Shown: positions 10,984-22,650, counted from the first letter of the stretch. The stretch: DNA of 64,000 nucleotides from Gammaproteobacteria bacterium (GCA_038142325.1 JAYQJW010000002.1:352001-416000), one strand, 5' to 3'. Made by a program: numbers and translations. Notes: a model not told the origin generated them from the sequence alone.

Positions 10984-11742
10984 ATGAAAATATCAGGAAC
11001 AATTATTACACTGAATGCTGAAAAATATATTTCAAGAGCTATAAGAAGTTTGAGAAATATTTGTGATGAAGTTATTGTCTTAGATTCTGAAAGCAGTGAT
11101 TCAACTCGACAAATTTCAGAAAAAGAAGGAGCAAAAGTTTTTATACAACCATTTCTTGGGGATGGTGCTCAAAAAAAAGAGGCTTCAAACTTTGCGTCAA
11201 ATGATTGGATTTTTAGCATGGATGCAGATGAACTATTGGATGATGATTTAGTTAATTACGTTAAGAGAATTAATTTTGAAAAAAATTCTTATGATGGTTT
11301 CTCGTTCAGAAGGAAAAACTTTTGTGGAGATGAATGGATTAGGGCAGCAGGTTTCTATCCCGATAGTGTAATTCGATTATACAATAAGAAGAAAGTTAAT
11401 TATGATACTAGAGCTGATCACGCAGCAGTTCAATGTAATAATACTTTAAAGACTAAGTGTCATATTATTCATAATACCTATGAATCTATGGAAGAATGGG
11501 TTGATAAAATGAATTTCAGAAGCAGTATGAGTGCTAAGCAGTTGTTTGATGATGGGGTCTTACCATCAAACAGCAGGCCTATTATAAGATCTATATTTGC
11601 ATTTATCAAAAAACTTTTTATTAAGGGAGGAATACTTCAAGGGAAAAATGGATTTAAAGTGGCTCTCACCACTATGTTTAATACTTATCTTAAATATATA
11701 AAATTAAATGACCTTCACAAAAAAAAGTTAGATAGACGTTAA
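10984..11742 (+). CDS. Glycosyltransferase family 2 (WaaE/KdtX-like)
   Basis: DSESSDST, WIFSMDADE and GFYPD.VIRLY motifs. Confidence 0.88.
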   Translation: MKISGTIITLNAEKYISRAIRSLRNICDEVIVLDSESSDSTRQISEKEGAKVFIQPFLGDGAQKKEASNFASNDWIFSMDADELLDDDLVNYVKRINFEKNSYDGFSFRRKNFCGDEWIRAAGFYPDSVIRLYNKKKVNYDTRADHAAVQCNNTLKTKCHIIHNTYESMEEWVDKMNFRSSMSAKQLFDDGVLPSNSRPIIRSIFAFIKKLFIKGGILQGKNGFKVALTTMFNTYLKYIKLNDLHKKKLDRR

Positions 11743-12312
11743 GTCATCAAAAGTATCTATATCTTTAAGAGTTCTTATTACTTTATAACTTATGTCACTA
11801 CTTATACATTTTTTAAGGATATCTTTAAAAGAGATTTTATCTAGTTCCATATCTTTAAAGATCTTATGTACATTATCTGTTACTCCCACTAGATAGAATC
11901 CGCCATCTTCAGATGGCCCAATAATCAAATCATGTTTATCTAGATTAACAATGCAATCTGTGAGTTCATCGACTGAAATTGTAGGAATATCTGAACCTAT
12001 TACAATTCTTTTTTTATATATTTCTTTTTGTTCATCTAATGCAGAGTATATTTTATCACTGAGATATCCTTGCTTTTGATGTTGAGTTTTAATTTTAAAC
12101 TTCTTAGATAGCCATTCAATATATTTACCATTATCATTAGGAAAAAAATGCAAGCAAGCTTCAGCATCAACCCTTATTATTTCACTACATATCATTTCAA
12201 GCATTTTCTTTGTGAGAAATATCCTTTCATCTCTAGATAGATATTTTTTGAGGCGACTTTTACAATCTGCCAATTCAGGATTCTTAGATAAAATATTAAT
12301 GATAGATGTCAT
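11728..12312 (-). CDS. DUF2064/TIGR04282-like (CofC-like) transferase associated with arsS
   Basis: CKSRL, IVIGSDIP, IGPSEDGGFYLVG and DIDTFDDL motifs; co-oriented with GT2 and arsS. Confidence 0.8.
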   Translation of the reverse strand: MTSIINILSKNPELADCKSRLKKYLSRDERIFLTKKMLEMICSEIIRVDAEACLHFFPNDNGKYIEWLSKKFKIKTQHQKQGYLSDKIYSALDEQKEIYKKRIVIGSDIPTISVDELTDCIVNLDKHDLIIGPSEDGGFYLVGVTDNVHKIFKDMELDKISFKDILKKCISSDISYKVIRTLKDIDTFDDLTSI

Positions 12313-12980
12313 TTATAAATTAGTTCTAATTTTTTTGGATCTACACCTAAATAATACAAGAGCCTCAATATTCTCATTAATAGTATTGTTCTAAAGAATC
12401 CATGTGCTTTCCATCGTCTCGCTGATGAAATCGATTTGCCATGATGTATCTCTGGTAAATATAAATTCTTTAACCTATTGCATATTTCAATATCTTCCAT
12501 CAATGGAATATCTTTATATCCTCTAATCTTTTCAAATATGTCTTTTTTGATTATTAAGACTTGATCGCCAGTTCCATATTTAAACAATCTGCTTCTAAGA
12601 TTTATACAGTAAGATAAGATTCTATATTTCCAACTTGTATCGTCTAGTTGTAGGTTAAAAAAACCCCATTTGTAACTGTTAGATATTTTTAAGATGTTAT
12701 TTATTGCCAGATCATCTAATTTTGTATCTGCGTGAAGGAATATTAAATATTCACCTTTGGCATATCTTCCTCCTGTATTAAGTTGCTTAGATCTTGCTGC
12801 AGTGTCGATATAAACCTTTCCTGATAGAGTACGTGAGATCATTAAAGATTTGTCTCGACTCATTCCATCGACAAATATTAGTTCTGCATTCAAAGTATTT
12901 TTTAGTTTATTTAAAAACGGCTTATTCTGAATAAGATTTTTCTCTTCATTTAAAACGGGAATTATTATAGAGAACTTCAT
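12309..12980 (-). CDS. TIGR04283-like family 2 glycosyltransferase (arsenosugar biosynthesis-associated)
   Basis: IIPVLNEE, LIFLHADT, GDQ, PLMEDIE and SARRW motifs; adjacent to arsS. Confidence 0.85.
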   Translation of the reverse strand: MKFSIIIPVLNEEKNLIQNKPFLNKLKNTLNAELIFVDGMSRDKSLMISRTLSGKVYIDTAARSKQLNTGGRYAKGEYLIFLHADTKLDDLAINNILKISNSYKWGFFNLQLDDTSWKYRILSYCINLRSRLFKYGTGDQVLIIKKDIFEKIRGYKDIPLMEDIEICNRLKNLYLPEIHHGKSISSARRWKAHGFFRTILLMRILRLLYYLGVDPKKLELIYK

Positions 12981-12981
12981 A

Positions 12982-13933
12982 TTAAGTTAAAGATCCTCCA
13001 CAACTACTACCTGCTCCAGCAGTGCATCCATAGCAATGGTCAGCTGAAGCTATTTTCAAATGCTTTAGTGACTTCAATGTAAGTTGACTAATATGAACTT
13101 TCTTATTTGACAATGGCAGCTCTAGCATTTGATTAAAATCACAGTCATATACATAGCCATCATGGCCTATGCTTATAAGATGTCTGCACATTACGTTTTC
13201 TGCTGCTTTTTTTGAAAAAGATGATTTGAGCAGATTCATATAATCATGGAATTTATTCTTACTGATTAGCATGCTACCAAATCTATTAATTGGCATATTT
13301 GTTATTGTATAGAGCTTATTAAATTTGATATTAAATTTCTCTGCAAGAAAATTTTTATAGTCTTTTTCTAGCATAGATTGATTTGGAGGCAAAACCATTC
13401 CTTGTGGGTTATATACTAAGTTAAGTTGCAAGTCATGATTTAATCCATACCCAAGGGAATTAAGTTCTAGAAGTACTTTTATACTAACATCGAAAAACCC
13501 CCTTTCCTCGCTGTGCATCAACATTTTGCTCTGAATAACATGGCAAAGATGCGATGATTTCCACTTTATTCTCCGCAAGAAAGTTTGCTAGATTTGTCAT
13601 TTTCTTTTCATTTAAAATCGTAAGGTTGCACCTATCAATTATATGAATTCCCTCAACTTTGAGTGCTTGAATCATATATTTAAAATGTTTATTTAGTTCG
13701 GGAGCTCCACCAGTCAAATCAACAACTTTGATATGGCTTTTGATTGCGAAATCTATTACTTGATTCACAGTACTTTTATCCATCATTTCAGTTCTATTCG
13801 GTCCGGCGTTTACATGGCAGTGGAGACATCTTTGGTTACACTTATAACCCAAATTGACCTGTAATGTATTTAACTCTTTTCGGGCAATTTCTGGAAAGTC
13901 TGTCTTTTCAATCAGAGGATAAATTTTATGCAT
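12982..13933 (-). CDS. arsS: Radical SAM protein ArsS-like (arsenosugar biosynthesis), split by one frameshift near 13495
   Basis: LQVNLGYKCNQRCLHCHVNAGP (CxxxCxxC), DLTGGAPEL, IASLPCY...VDAQRGKGVF, LNLVYNP, YDCDFNQML and HCYGCTAGAGSSCGG. Confidence 0.88.
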
Positions 13934-13972
13934 AATTATACTTAAATGATACAATGTATTTCTTGCTAAATC

Positions 13973-15405
13973 ATGAAAAATGAATTTCTTAATCAAATAA
14001 ATAGTTTTCTACCAAATGTAGATTACTGTTCTTTTAGATTTGTAAATAAATATACAAATATAATTTCTGTAACAAGGAATGTTCTTGAGCCTATTGAAAT
14101 TCTAGAAGACGAAGGATTAATGGTTACGGTGATAAACAACGGCGGATATGGTTACAGCGCTACTAGCAACATAACAAAAGAGGGAATCCTGGAGGCAACT
14201 GAAGATGCTAAGAAATGGGCAGATTATTCATCAGGCAAATTAGTACATGAATTTATCCCTCCAAATACCACAATAGATAATGGTAAATATTTCACACATG
14301 AAAAAGATGCTTGGGCAAAAGAATCTAATAAGGACAAAGTAGATTATTTAATGGAGATTAATAAATCTCTTAAATCTAAACCAACTATATCGAATTGGGG
14401 CGCAAGCTTTAGATACAATAGACTCGAAACTTTATTTACTGATACGAACGGTAGTAAATTCAGACAAAATATTTCATATATTTTGCCACAATTAATAGCA
14501 TGCGCTGAATATAAAAAACAAATCCAGACCCGTACGTTTGGAGGTCATGCTCATGCCAGGCAAATAGGTTATAATTTTCTGAAAGAGTCAGACTTGATAA
14601 ACAAAGCATCTGAGATAGCTAATGATGCCATTGAGCTTTCAATGGCAACAAATTGTCCTACCGAAAAATTAGACGCATTAATTGCTCCGGACCAAATGAT
14701 TTTGCAAATTCATGAATCGATTGGTCATCCGCTAGAACTAGATCGAATATTGGGTGATGAGAGAAATTACGCCGGATCAAGTTTTGTTAATCTTGATATG
14801 TTCGGTTCATATCAATATGGATCAGAAAAACTAAATATCTCATTTAATCCAAAACAAGAATCTGAATTAGCTACATATAATTTTGATGATGATGGAACTT
14901 TAGCGGACAAAAAATATTTGATCAAAGATGGTATTCTCAAAAGACCCATAGGAAGTTTTTTTCTGCTCAAAGAGCTGAACAAGATTTTGTTGCATGCTCT
15001 AGAGCGACAAGCTGGAACAGGCCCCCAATAGATCGAATGGGAAATATCAATCTTGAACCTGGTAATTCAACTTTCTCAGAAATGGTTCATTCAATTGAAA
15101 ATGGTATTTTATTAGAAACAAATAATTCTTGGTCAATAGATGACTACAGGAATAAATTTCAGTTTGGTTGTGAGAAAGGTACATTAATTAGAAATGGTGA
15201 ATTGAAAGAAGTAGTTAAAAACCCTAACTACAGAGGTATTACTAAAGAGTTCTGGCACAATCTTTCAGAGGTTGGAGATAATTCATCTTTCTCTATCTTA
15301 GGTACAGCTAATTGTGGAAAAGGAGAGCCAAATCAGACTATTTTTGTTGGCCATGCCACACCGCCATGCCTGTTTAGAGACATTGATATTTTTGGCGGCG
15401 AGTAA
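13973..15405 (+). CDS. tldD: TldD-family metalloprotease (frameshift at T-run ~14960)
   Basis: QIHESIGHPLELDRILGDERNYAG (HExxxH); the bridging frame gives RATSWNRPPIDRMGN, then NCGKGEPNQ. Confidence 0.88.
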
Positions 15406-16730
15406 TGAAGGATTATTTTCAAAGCATTGCAAAAGAACTTTTTAAAAACATTCAAAAAGATGAATTTCTAATTCTTAACTTTGATGCAGAAGAATCTAGT
15501 TTTGTTAGACTCAATAAAGGAAAAATTAGACAACCAGGAAATGTAAAACAAATATCATTATCCTTGAGTTTATCTAACAGAGATAAAAAAAATCTTAAAT
15601 CTCATGTAAGGCTTAACGGGAGTATAAATAGAGATAAGGCCACGCTCATAAGGACATTAAACTATCTAAGAAGAGAACTTCCAGATCTTCCAAAAGATCC
15701 ATACTTAATGTTTTCGACTAATGTTCACTCTACGGAAATATCTGAAAAGAAAAAAAATGTTGATGATAGAGAAAATTTGGATTACGTGATGAGAAATATT
15801 TCTAATTTAGATTTAGTCGGTATTTATTCATCTGGATATATTTACACTGGATTAGCAAACTCGCTTGGTCAATTTAATTGGCATAGTGATTACTCATTTA
15901 GCTTTGATTATTCAATCTATAATGAAAATAATAATGCTATTAAATTGAATTATTCATCTAAGAATTGGAATAATGATGAATTTGATTCAATACTTAATCA
16001 GGGTAAAGAAAAACTAGATGTATTATCTAAGCCTATTAAGAATATTGAGAAAGGTGAGTATAACGTCTACTTAGAACCATCTGCATTAAATGAAATAATA
16101 GACATGATGTCATGGGGAGGTTTTAGCTATAAAGCAAATAAGATTGGAACAAGTCCATTACACTTACTTAATAAATCAGAAAAATCCCTTCACCCATCTG
16201 TATCAATTGATGAGAATATTAAAGATGGAATTTCTGCTAATTTTAATTCTGATGGTTTTATTAAACCCGATGTGATCAATATGATAACTGATGGTAAATT
16301 CACAGAGTCTTTGACTTCACCTCGATCTTCTCTTGAATATTCTGCCGTTCATAATGCATCGAGTAATTCAGAATATCCTTGTTCTATTGATATGAAACCT
16401 GGAAATATTGATGAGAATGATATTCTTAATAAATTAGATAATGGTATATACATTAGTAACTTGTGGTATCTGAACTTCTCTGACCGTAATAATGGGAGAA
16501 TGACAGGATTAACAAGATTTGGTTGTTTTATTGTTGAAAATGGTAAATTAGTTGCTCCCATCAACACCATGAGATTTGATGACAGTGTTTATAGTATGCT
16601 AGGTGAGAATTTAGTTGGACTGACAAGAAAAAGGGAAATGTTAATTGATTCGAGCACATATGAAGAAAGATCAACCTCAAGCTCTAGATTGCCTGGAGCA
16701 ATAATTAATAATTTCAAAATGACTCTATGA
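15405..16730 (+). CDS. TldE/PmbA-family partner protein
   Basis: Follows tldD; YISNLWYLN..DR...TGLTRFGCF.VENG..VAP..MRFDDS; no HExxxH. Confidence 0.85.
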   Translation: MKDYFQSIAKELFKNIQKDEFLILNFDAEESSFVRLNKGKIRQPGNVKQISLSLSLSNRDKKNLKSHVRLNGSINRDKATLIRTLNYLRRELPDLPKDPYLMFSTNVHSTEISEKKKNVDDRENLDYVMRNISNLDLVGIYSSGYIYTGLANSLGQFNWHSDYSFSFDYSIYNENNNAIKLNYSSKNWNNDEFDSILNQGKEKLDVLSKPIKNIEKGEYNVYLEPSALNEIIDMMSWGGFSYKANKIGTSPLHLLNKSEKSLHPSVSIDENIKDGISANFNSDGFIKPDVINMITDGKFTESLTSPRSSLEYSAVHNASSNSEYPCSIDMKPGNIDENDILNKLDNGIYISNLWYLNFSDRNNGRMTGLTRFGCFIVENGKLVAPINTMRFDDSVYSMLGENLVGLTRKREMLIDSSTYEERSTSSSRLPGAIINNFKMTL

Positions 16731-18088
16731 CTGTAATTACAAGATTTGCACCTAGTCCAACAGGCTGGCTTCATATAGGTGGAGTTAGAACAGCGTTGTA
16801 TTCATGGCTATATGCAAAAAAAAATAACGGAAAATTTCTCTTAAGAATTGATGACACAGATACAACTAGAAGCACTTCAGAATATAAAAATTCAATTATA
16901 TCCGCTCTAGATGAGCTCGGTTTAAAACACGATGGTGATATAACTTATCAATCAGAAAGATTTGATCATTATATTGATAAGATTGAAGAGCTACTAAATA
17001 ATGGTTTTGCGTATTATGACAAAGTTGAGATAAATGAAAAAACTAAAGATACAGATTTAAGCATTCAATACAATAATAGGCTCAATAAAGAAGGACATGT
17101 TATTAGATTTAAAAATCAACGAGAAAAATCAATAATTATTAATGACTCAGTACATGGTGAAATAACTTTTGATCCTAAAATATTTTTCGATGTTGTCATT
17201 CTCAGATCAAATGGCGTGCCCACATATAATCTTACATCTGTAGTTGATGATATTGACTTGGCTGTTACCAATCTTATCAGAGGTGACGATCATCTCAGCA
17301 ATCTTCCAGTTCAAGTTAACTTATTTAGAGCATTTGGAGCTGAAGTTCCATCTTTTTCACACCTACCTATGATTCATGGAACTGATGGTAAGAGACTTTC
17401 AAAAAGACATGGCGCGGTTGACATTAACCATTTTCTTAATGAAGGTTATAGAGTTGACGCTATACTCAATTATCTTGCTAAGACAGGCTGGTCTCATGGT
17501 GATCAGGAAATCTTCAGTGTTGAAGAACTTATTCAACTATTTAGTCTTGATAAAATTACTAAATCCGCGGCAACTTTTGATGTGGAAAAATTAAATTGGC
17601 TAAATCAACATTATATTAAAAATGATGATATAGATAATATAGCTATGAGTATAATCCCTTTTTTAAAAGATATGAAATTATCTAACGAGCCAAGAAATGA
17701 CGATTACCTAAAGAGTATACTCAAACTTGGTATTGAAAGAGAATATTCTCTTAAAAATATTGCTGGCAGTATTGCTTATTTCTACAATGATCAAATTGAA
17801 TATGATCTAGACATAATTTCTAAATATGAAAAAAATCAAACAATACAAATATTGAGAGATATAATTGCAAAATTCTTCATTGTAGATTTCAATGACAAGC
17901 CATCAATAAGCGCATGTGTTAAGTCTACATGTGAGGATTTAAAACTAAAATTTAAAGATGTTGGTCCACTAATACGTTTTGCAACCACTGGCCGATTAAA
18001 CGCACCATCAATAGATGACCTATGTTTCTTATTAGGAAAAAAAAGAGTTATCGAAAGAATATCTGAATTCTTAGAGATTTATAGCTAA
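16727..18088 (+). CDS. gltX: Glutamate--tRNA ligase
   Basis: RFAPSPTGWLHIGG (HIGH), IRGDDHLSN and RLSKRHG (KMSKS-like) motifs. Confidence 0.97.
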   Translation: MTVITRFAPSPTGWLHIGGVRTALYSWLYAKKNNGKFLLRIDDTDTTRSTSEYKNSIISALDELGLKHDGDITYQSERFDHYIDKIEELLNNGFAYYDKVEINEKTKDTDLSIQYNNRLNKEGHVIRFKNQREKSIIINDSVHGEITFDPKIFFDVVILRSNGVPTYNLTSVVDDIDLAVTNLIRGDDHLSNLPVQVNLFRAFGAEVPSFSHLPMIHGTDGKRLSKRHGAVDINHFLNEGYRVDAILNYLAKTGWSHGDQEIFSVEELIQLFSLDKITKSAATFDVEKLNWLNQHYIKNDDIDNIAMSIIPFLKDMKLSNEPRNDDYLKSILKLGIEREYSLKNIAGSIAYFYNDQIEYDLDIISKYEKNQTIQILRDIIAKFFIVDFNDKPSISACVKSTCEDLKLKFKDVGPLIRFATTGRLNAPSIDDLCFLLGKKRVIERISEFLEIYS

Positions 18089-18552
18089 ATTTTAACTATT
18101 ACCGGTTTTATATTTTTGAGAATGTAAGCGAGTTTTTCATTCTTGATTACAGAGACCGGTTGAAATTCTTTTTTTGTTTGAAATAGATCGTCTCTCTCTG
18201 ATTGATTAATAACTATCGATCCAATATCTGACGATATTGAACGATGAAATGTTCCTTTTGGTATTCTCAAAGCTCCGCTGTTTCTTGAGAGCTTGATGAT
18301 TTGATACGGTTTGTCCCAATCAAAGTTTATCAATTCAAATGTTCTGGAGCCATGAACTACTCGATTATTATCTATTTGATGATAATGGACATAAAATTGC
18401 TTATTTCCTAGATCATCATCTGGAGGAGAAACAGCAGCTGAGTCATGAATTACAAGATCAGATGCATTAGACTCTTTTATTGTTATATCATAAAAGAGGA
18501 CATTTTCAGTCTCTCTAAACACTTTTTGCTTATGAATATGAATATTCTTCAT
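18085..18552 (-). CDS. Cupin-fold protein resembling a picocyanobacterial/cyanophage conserved hypothetical
   Basis: VFRET..V.FYDI, SNASDLVIH..A.SPPD, QFYVHYHQIDN and IPKGTFHRS; family recalled from memory, not searched. Confidence 0.6.
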   Translation of the reverse strand: MKNIHIHKQKVFRETENVLFYDITIKESNASDLVIHDSAAVSPPDDDLGNKQFYVHYHQIDNNRVVHGSRTFELINFDWDKPYQIIKLSRNSGALRIPKGTFHRSISSDIGSIVINQSERDDLFQTKKEFQPVSVIKNEKLAYILKNIKPVIVKI

Positions 18553-18633
18553 ACTATTTGTTAAGCATAAATCATGCCAATTTCATAAGATACGGCATGT
18601 AAATTGCATGATATATACCAGATAATTAGATTT

Positions 18634-19492
18634 ATGGATTTTGAAACTAATAAATTTATCATGGCTGTGTTTACTGATATTGATGGAACTTTTATAGGTA
18701 ACGACACATTTGACCCTGGAGAAGAATCTCGCGCTTATAGATGAGTTTAATAGACATAATCATTTTTTTGCATTTAATTCGAGTAAAACATTTCACGAAA
18801 TTGCCTATATGCAAAAAAATTTTAAGATAAAGTATCCATTCATTTGTGAGACTGGCGGAGGCCTATATCATCCTAAAAGCATTGGATTTGAATATAATAA
18901 AAAAAGAGATGATTACTTTATTTTATCTGAGTCTATAAAAATACATAGATTTCGTGACTTAGTCAGAGAGTTAATAAAAAATAACTTTTCCCATGACTTT
19001 GAGTTTTTTGATGATCTTAATCAGTTTGAAAAATCTAAACTCACAGGATTGTCAGGAAGTGATTTAGCTCTAGCATCAGATAGAGATTTCTCAATACTAA
19101 TTAAACATTCAGGAAATAAGAAAAGTTTTAAAGAGCTGAATGAGGCTCTTAATTCACATAATCTTAATTTGATACAAGGTGGAAGATTCTGCCACGTATG
19201 TTCAAACAATAATAAAGGTAAAGCAACTAATTATTTTTTAAAACATATAATGAGGACTAATGAAGATATGAAAATAATATCCGTTGCTATTGGAGATAGC
19301 ATGAATGATTTGGATATGTTAAATGCTGTTGATTATCCATGTATTGTAAAATCAGACAATAATCATAACTTACTAGATAAGGTTAAAAATAAAAATGTTG
19401 TGTTTAGCTCATCATATGCACCACATGGTTGGATAGAGTGTTTAGAGAGAGTTTTTACTAGAATTAAAAATCAGGAAGGCGCATATGTCTGA
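18634..19492 (+). CDS. gpgP: HAD-IIB glucosyl/mannosyl-3-phosphoglycerate phosphatase (frameshift ~18720)
   Basis: VFTDIDGT (HAD motif I) in the upstream frame; NSSKT..EI, PFICETG, GGRFCHV and GDSMNDLDML. Confidence 0.82.
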
Positions 19493-20700
19493 TTTTCACC
19501 AGAATGGCGTTATAAGCACTTTACATAATTTATCAAATCGTACATTAAGCGAGATTGAGAATGAACTTAAAGAACACTCTAAACAATTACCAATTGAACT
19601 AATTTTACCATCTTTGTATTCTGAATTGAGCGGCCCCTGCATTAAAAAAAATAGTCTCTTGTTTAAGTGAAGTAAAATATTTAAATCATATTACTATTGG
19701 TCTCGATAGAGCTAATAAATCTGAATTTAAAAAAGCTAAAACATTTTTTTCAAAACTAAAACAACCTCATTCAGTAATTTGGAATGATAGCCCTAAGATG
19801 AAACAATTAGATAATGATTTCAAAAAATTAGGAATTGCTCCTGATCAACCTGGTAAGGGAAAAAATGTTTGGTATTGTATGGGGTATACTTATTCTAGAA
19901 ATGAAGCAAAAGCAATTGCTCTTCATGATTGCGATATAATAACTTATACACGTGAACTTTTGGCTCGATTGGTTTATCCTGTTGCAAATCCAAATTTTAA
20001 TTATGAATTTTGTAAAGGCTATTATCCTCGGATAAGAGATAATGCTCTAAGCGGGAGAGTAACTAGACTTCTTGTAACACCACTTCTTAAAACATTCAAA
20101 AAAGTATTAGGGCATAGAGACTATATAGAGTTTATAGATGTCTTTAGATATCCACTGGCTGGCGAATTTTCATTTAAAAGTAGGCTTTTAAAAGAAATAC
20201 GCATCCCATGTGACTGGGGTTTAGAAATTGGACTACTGTCTGAGATGCAAAGAAATCAAGCTTACAACCGTATTTGTCAAGTTGATATCGCTGATACTTA
20301 TGATCATAAACATCAAGTACTCTCAGAAAATGATACAACACAAGGGCTATCAAAAATGTCCATTGATATCACCAAGACTTTAATTAGAAAGCTTGCGGCA
20401 CAAGGTGATACATTTACCTATAATACTCTCAGAACAATTAAGGCTACGTACTATCGGACTGCATTGGATTTACTGGAAATCTATCATAATGATGCAAAAA
20501 TTAATGGTCTCGAGTTGAATATTAATGAGGAGGAAATAGCGATAGAACTATTTTCAAATAATATTATTATTGCTGGCCAAGAATTTTTGGATAACCCTAA
20601 TCAAAATCCACTTATAACTAATTGGAATCGTGTGGAAACAGCGATGCCAGACATACGAAATAGGTTTTTAGATATAGTAGAATCTGATTCTAAAATATAA
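19485..20700 (+). CDS. gpgS: Glucosyl-3-phosphoglycerate synthase (frameshift near A-run ~19645-19665)
   Basis: MSDFHQNG.ISTLHNL, LILPSLYSEL, GKGKNVWYCMGY, ALHDCDI, FRYPLAGEFS, DWGLEIG and YDHKHQ motifs. Confidence 0.85.
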
Positions 20701-20716
20701 GCGTAAGTAGATATAA

Positions 20717-22513
20717 ATGCCTAAAAATAAAAAGCAAGCACTAGAGAAGAGAGTATTTCACCACATAAAGCGTATATACAAAGACAATCTTAAACATGAT
20801 GAGATAGACGGTCTGTCAGAAAAACTATTAGAGCATATTATCTTTTCTCAATCAGACCTCCCAACCCACATAACAGAGGATGGAACCCAATGGACAGAAA
20901 AAACTGTGGTACTAATAACGTACGCTGACTCAATTGAGGACAAAAAAAATCTTCCAATTAAAGCTATCGATAATTTTTTAAAAAACTTTTGTGTTGATAT
21001 GTTTGAAGCTGTTCATATATTACCCTTTTTTCCATCAAGCTCAGATAAAGGATTTTCAGTAATTGATTACTACACAATTTATCATAATTTTGGTCAATGG
21101 AATGATATCTTAAGTATCTCAAAAGAATTTGGAGTTATGGCAGATGTTGTTATTAATCATGGTTCATCTAAAAGTAAATGGTTTGAAAACTTTATAAAAG
21201 GAGAGGGTAAAGGCCATAATTATTTTCTCAATTTTGAACAAAAATTTGATACTTCGAAGGTAGTGAGGCCAAGAACAAGTGATTTACTAAATCCTATAGA
21301 TACCGCAAATGGAATAAGATATGTTTGGTGCACCTTCAGCGAAGATCAAGTTGATTATAATTTCAGTAACCCAGTTGTTTTATATGAGTTCATTCAAATT
21401 ATAATCTTCTATCTATCAAAGGGTATAACTATATTTCGATTTGATGCAGTTGCATTTATTTGGAAAAAAATTGGTACTACTTGCATTAATCTTGATAAAA
21501 CTCATGAAATTGTAAGATTATTTAGAACCATATTAACTTATTTAGCACCTAAAGCCATTTTAATCACAGAGACTAATACGCCAGCCAGGGAAAATGTATC
21601 TTACTTTGGAAATGCTAATGAGGCGCACTGGATTTATAATTTCTCTCTTCCTCCAATTTTAATATATTCGATTCTCTCAAGTGATTCTTCATATCTTGAG
21701 CAACTTACTATGAGTATGCCGCCTTCTCAATTGGGAACATCATATCTTAACTTCATAGCTTCTCACGATGGAATTGGTCTTCGACCAGCTGAATCTTTTC
21801 TTACGAAAAACGAAGTGGTTAAATTTATTGACCTTATGGAGAAAAACGGAGGAAAAGTATCATATCGTAATAATAATACTGATACTCCTGAGCCATATGA
21901 GATTAACATATCTCTTTTCGATGCAATGAAAGAAACTTTTAATAAAGAGAGAAGTCTTGATATCGAGAGATTTATTTGTATACACACAATCATGTTTTCT
22001 CTAGAGGGTGTGCCAGCACTATATATCCATAGTCTTTTTGGATCAAATAATGCTTACGATTTATATCAAACAACTAATCACAACAGATCTCTAAATAGAG
22101 GAAAGATTACCAATAATGATTTGGATGCATTAAACAAAAAAACTAAACAGTCTTATATATTTAATACCCTTAAGGACTTAATTGCTATTAGGAGAAAACA
22201 AATTGCTTTTCATCCTAATTCTACTCAATTCACTCTTCATTTAGGAAGAGACTTGTATGGAATTTGGAGACAAAGTTTAGATAAGAAACAATATATTTTT
22301 TGTATTTCAAATTTAACTGAAAAAAATACAAGCCTAAGTTTACTAGACCTTAATCTGTCAGAATTTAATCAATGGAAGGATTTATTATCAGATATTGAAA
22401 TTACAGATAAAACATCAGAAATTGATCTTAGTCCATATCAAACAATTTGGTTGAGTAAATATGATCTAATGAAAATTTTTATATGTTTTAACTATTTGAT
22501 ATATACCAAATAA
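20717..22513 (+). CDS. GH13_18 sucrose phosphorylase-like protein, likely glucosylglycerate phosphorylase
   Basis: LITYADS, VHILPFFP.SSD.GFSVIDY, WCTFSEDQVD, RFDAVAFIWK, ITETN and ASHDGIGLRP motifs; clustered with gpgP/gpgS. Confidence 0.85.
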   Translation: MPKNKKQALEKRVFHHIKRIYKDNLKHDEIDGLSEKLLEHIIFSQSDLPTHITEDGTQWTEKTVVLITYADSIEDKKNLPIKAIDNFLKNFCVDMFEAVHILPFFPSSSDKGFSVIDYYTIYHNFGQWNDILSISKEFGVMADVVINHGSSKSKWFENFIKGEGKGHNYFLNFEQKFDTSKVVRPRTSDLLNPIDTANGIRYVWCTFSEDQVDYNFSNPVVLYEFIQIIIFYLSKGITIFRFDAVAFIWKKIGTTCINLDKTHEIVRLFRTILTYLAPKAILITETNTPARENVSYFGNANEAHWIYNFSLPPILIYSILSSDSSYLEQLTMSMPPSQLGTSYLNFIASHDGIGLRPAESFLTKNEVVKFIDLMEKNGGKVSYRNNNTDTPEPYEINISLFDAMKETFNKERSLDIERFICIHTIMFSLEGVPALYIHSLFGSNNAYDLYQTTNHNRSLNRGKITNNDLDALNKKTKQSYIFNTLKDLIAIRRKQIAFHPNSTQFTLHLGRDLYGIWRQSLDKKQYIFCISNLTEKNTSLSLLDLNLSEFNQWKDLLSDIEITDKTSEIDLSPYQTIWLSKYDLMKIFICFNYLIYTK

Positions 22514-22650
22514 AAAATATTATAGGCATTATTATGAACAAGGATATTAGGTAGACTCTGAACATAGTTCTGAATTTCATTTTTGTTTTAGCATTTTTGT
22601 TCACAATATAATCCAAACATATTATTCTTACTTTTTCGAGGTATTTTTCA

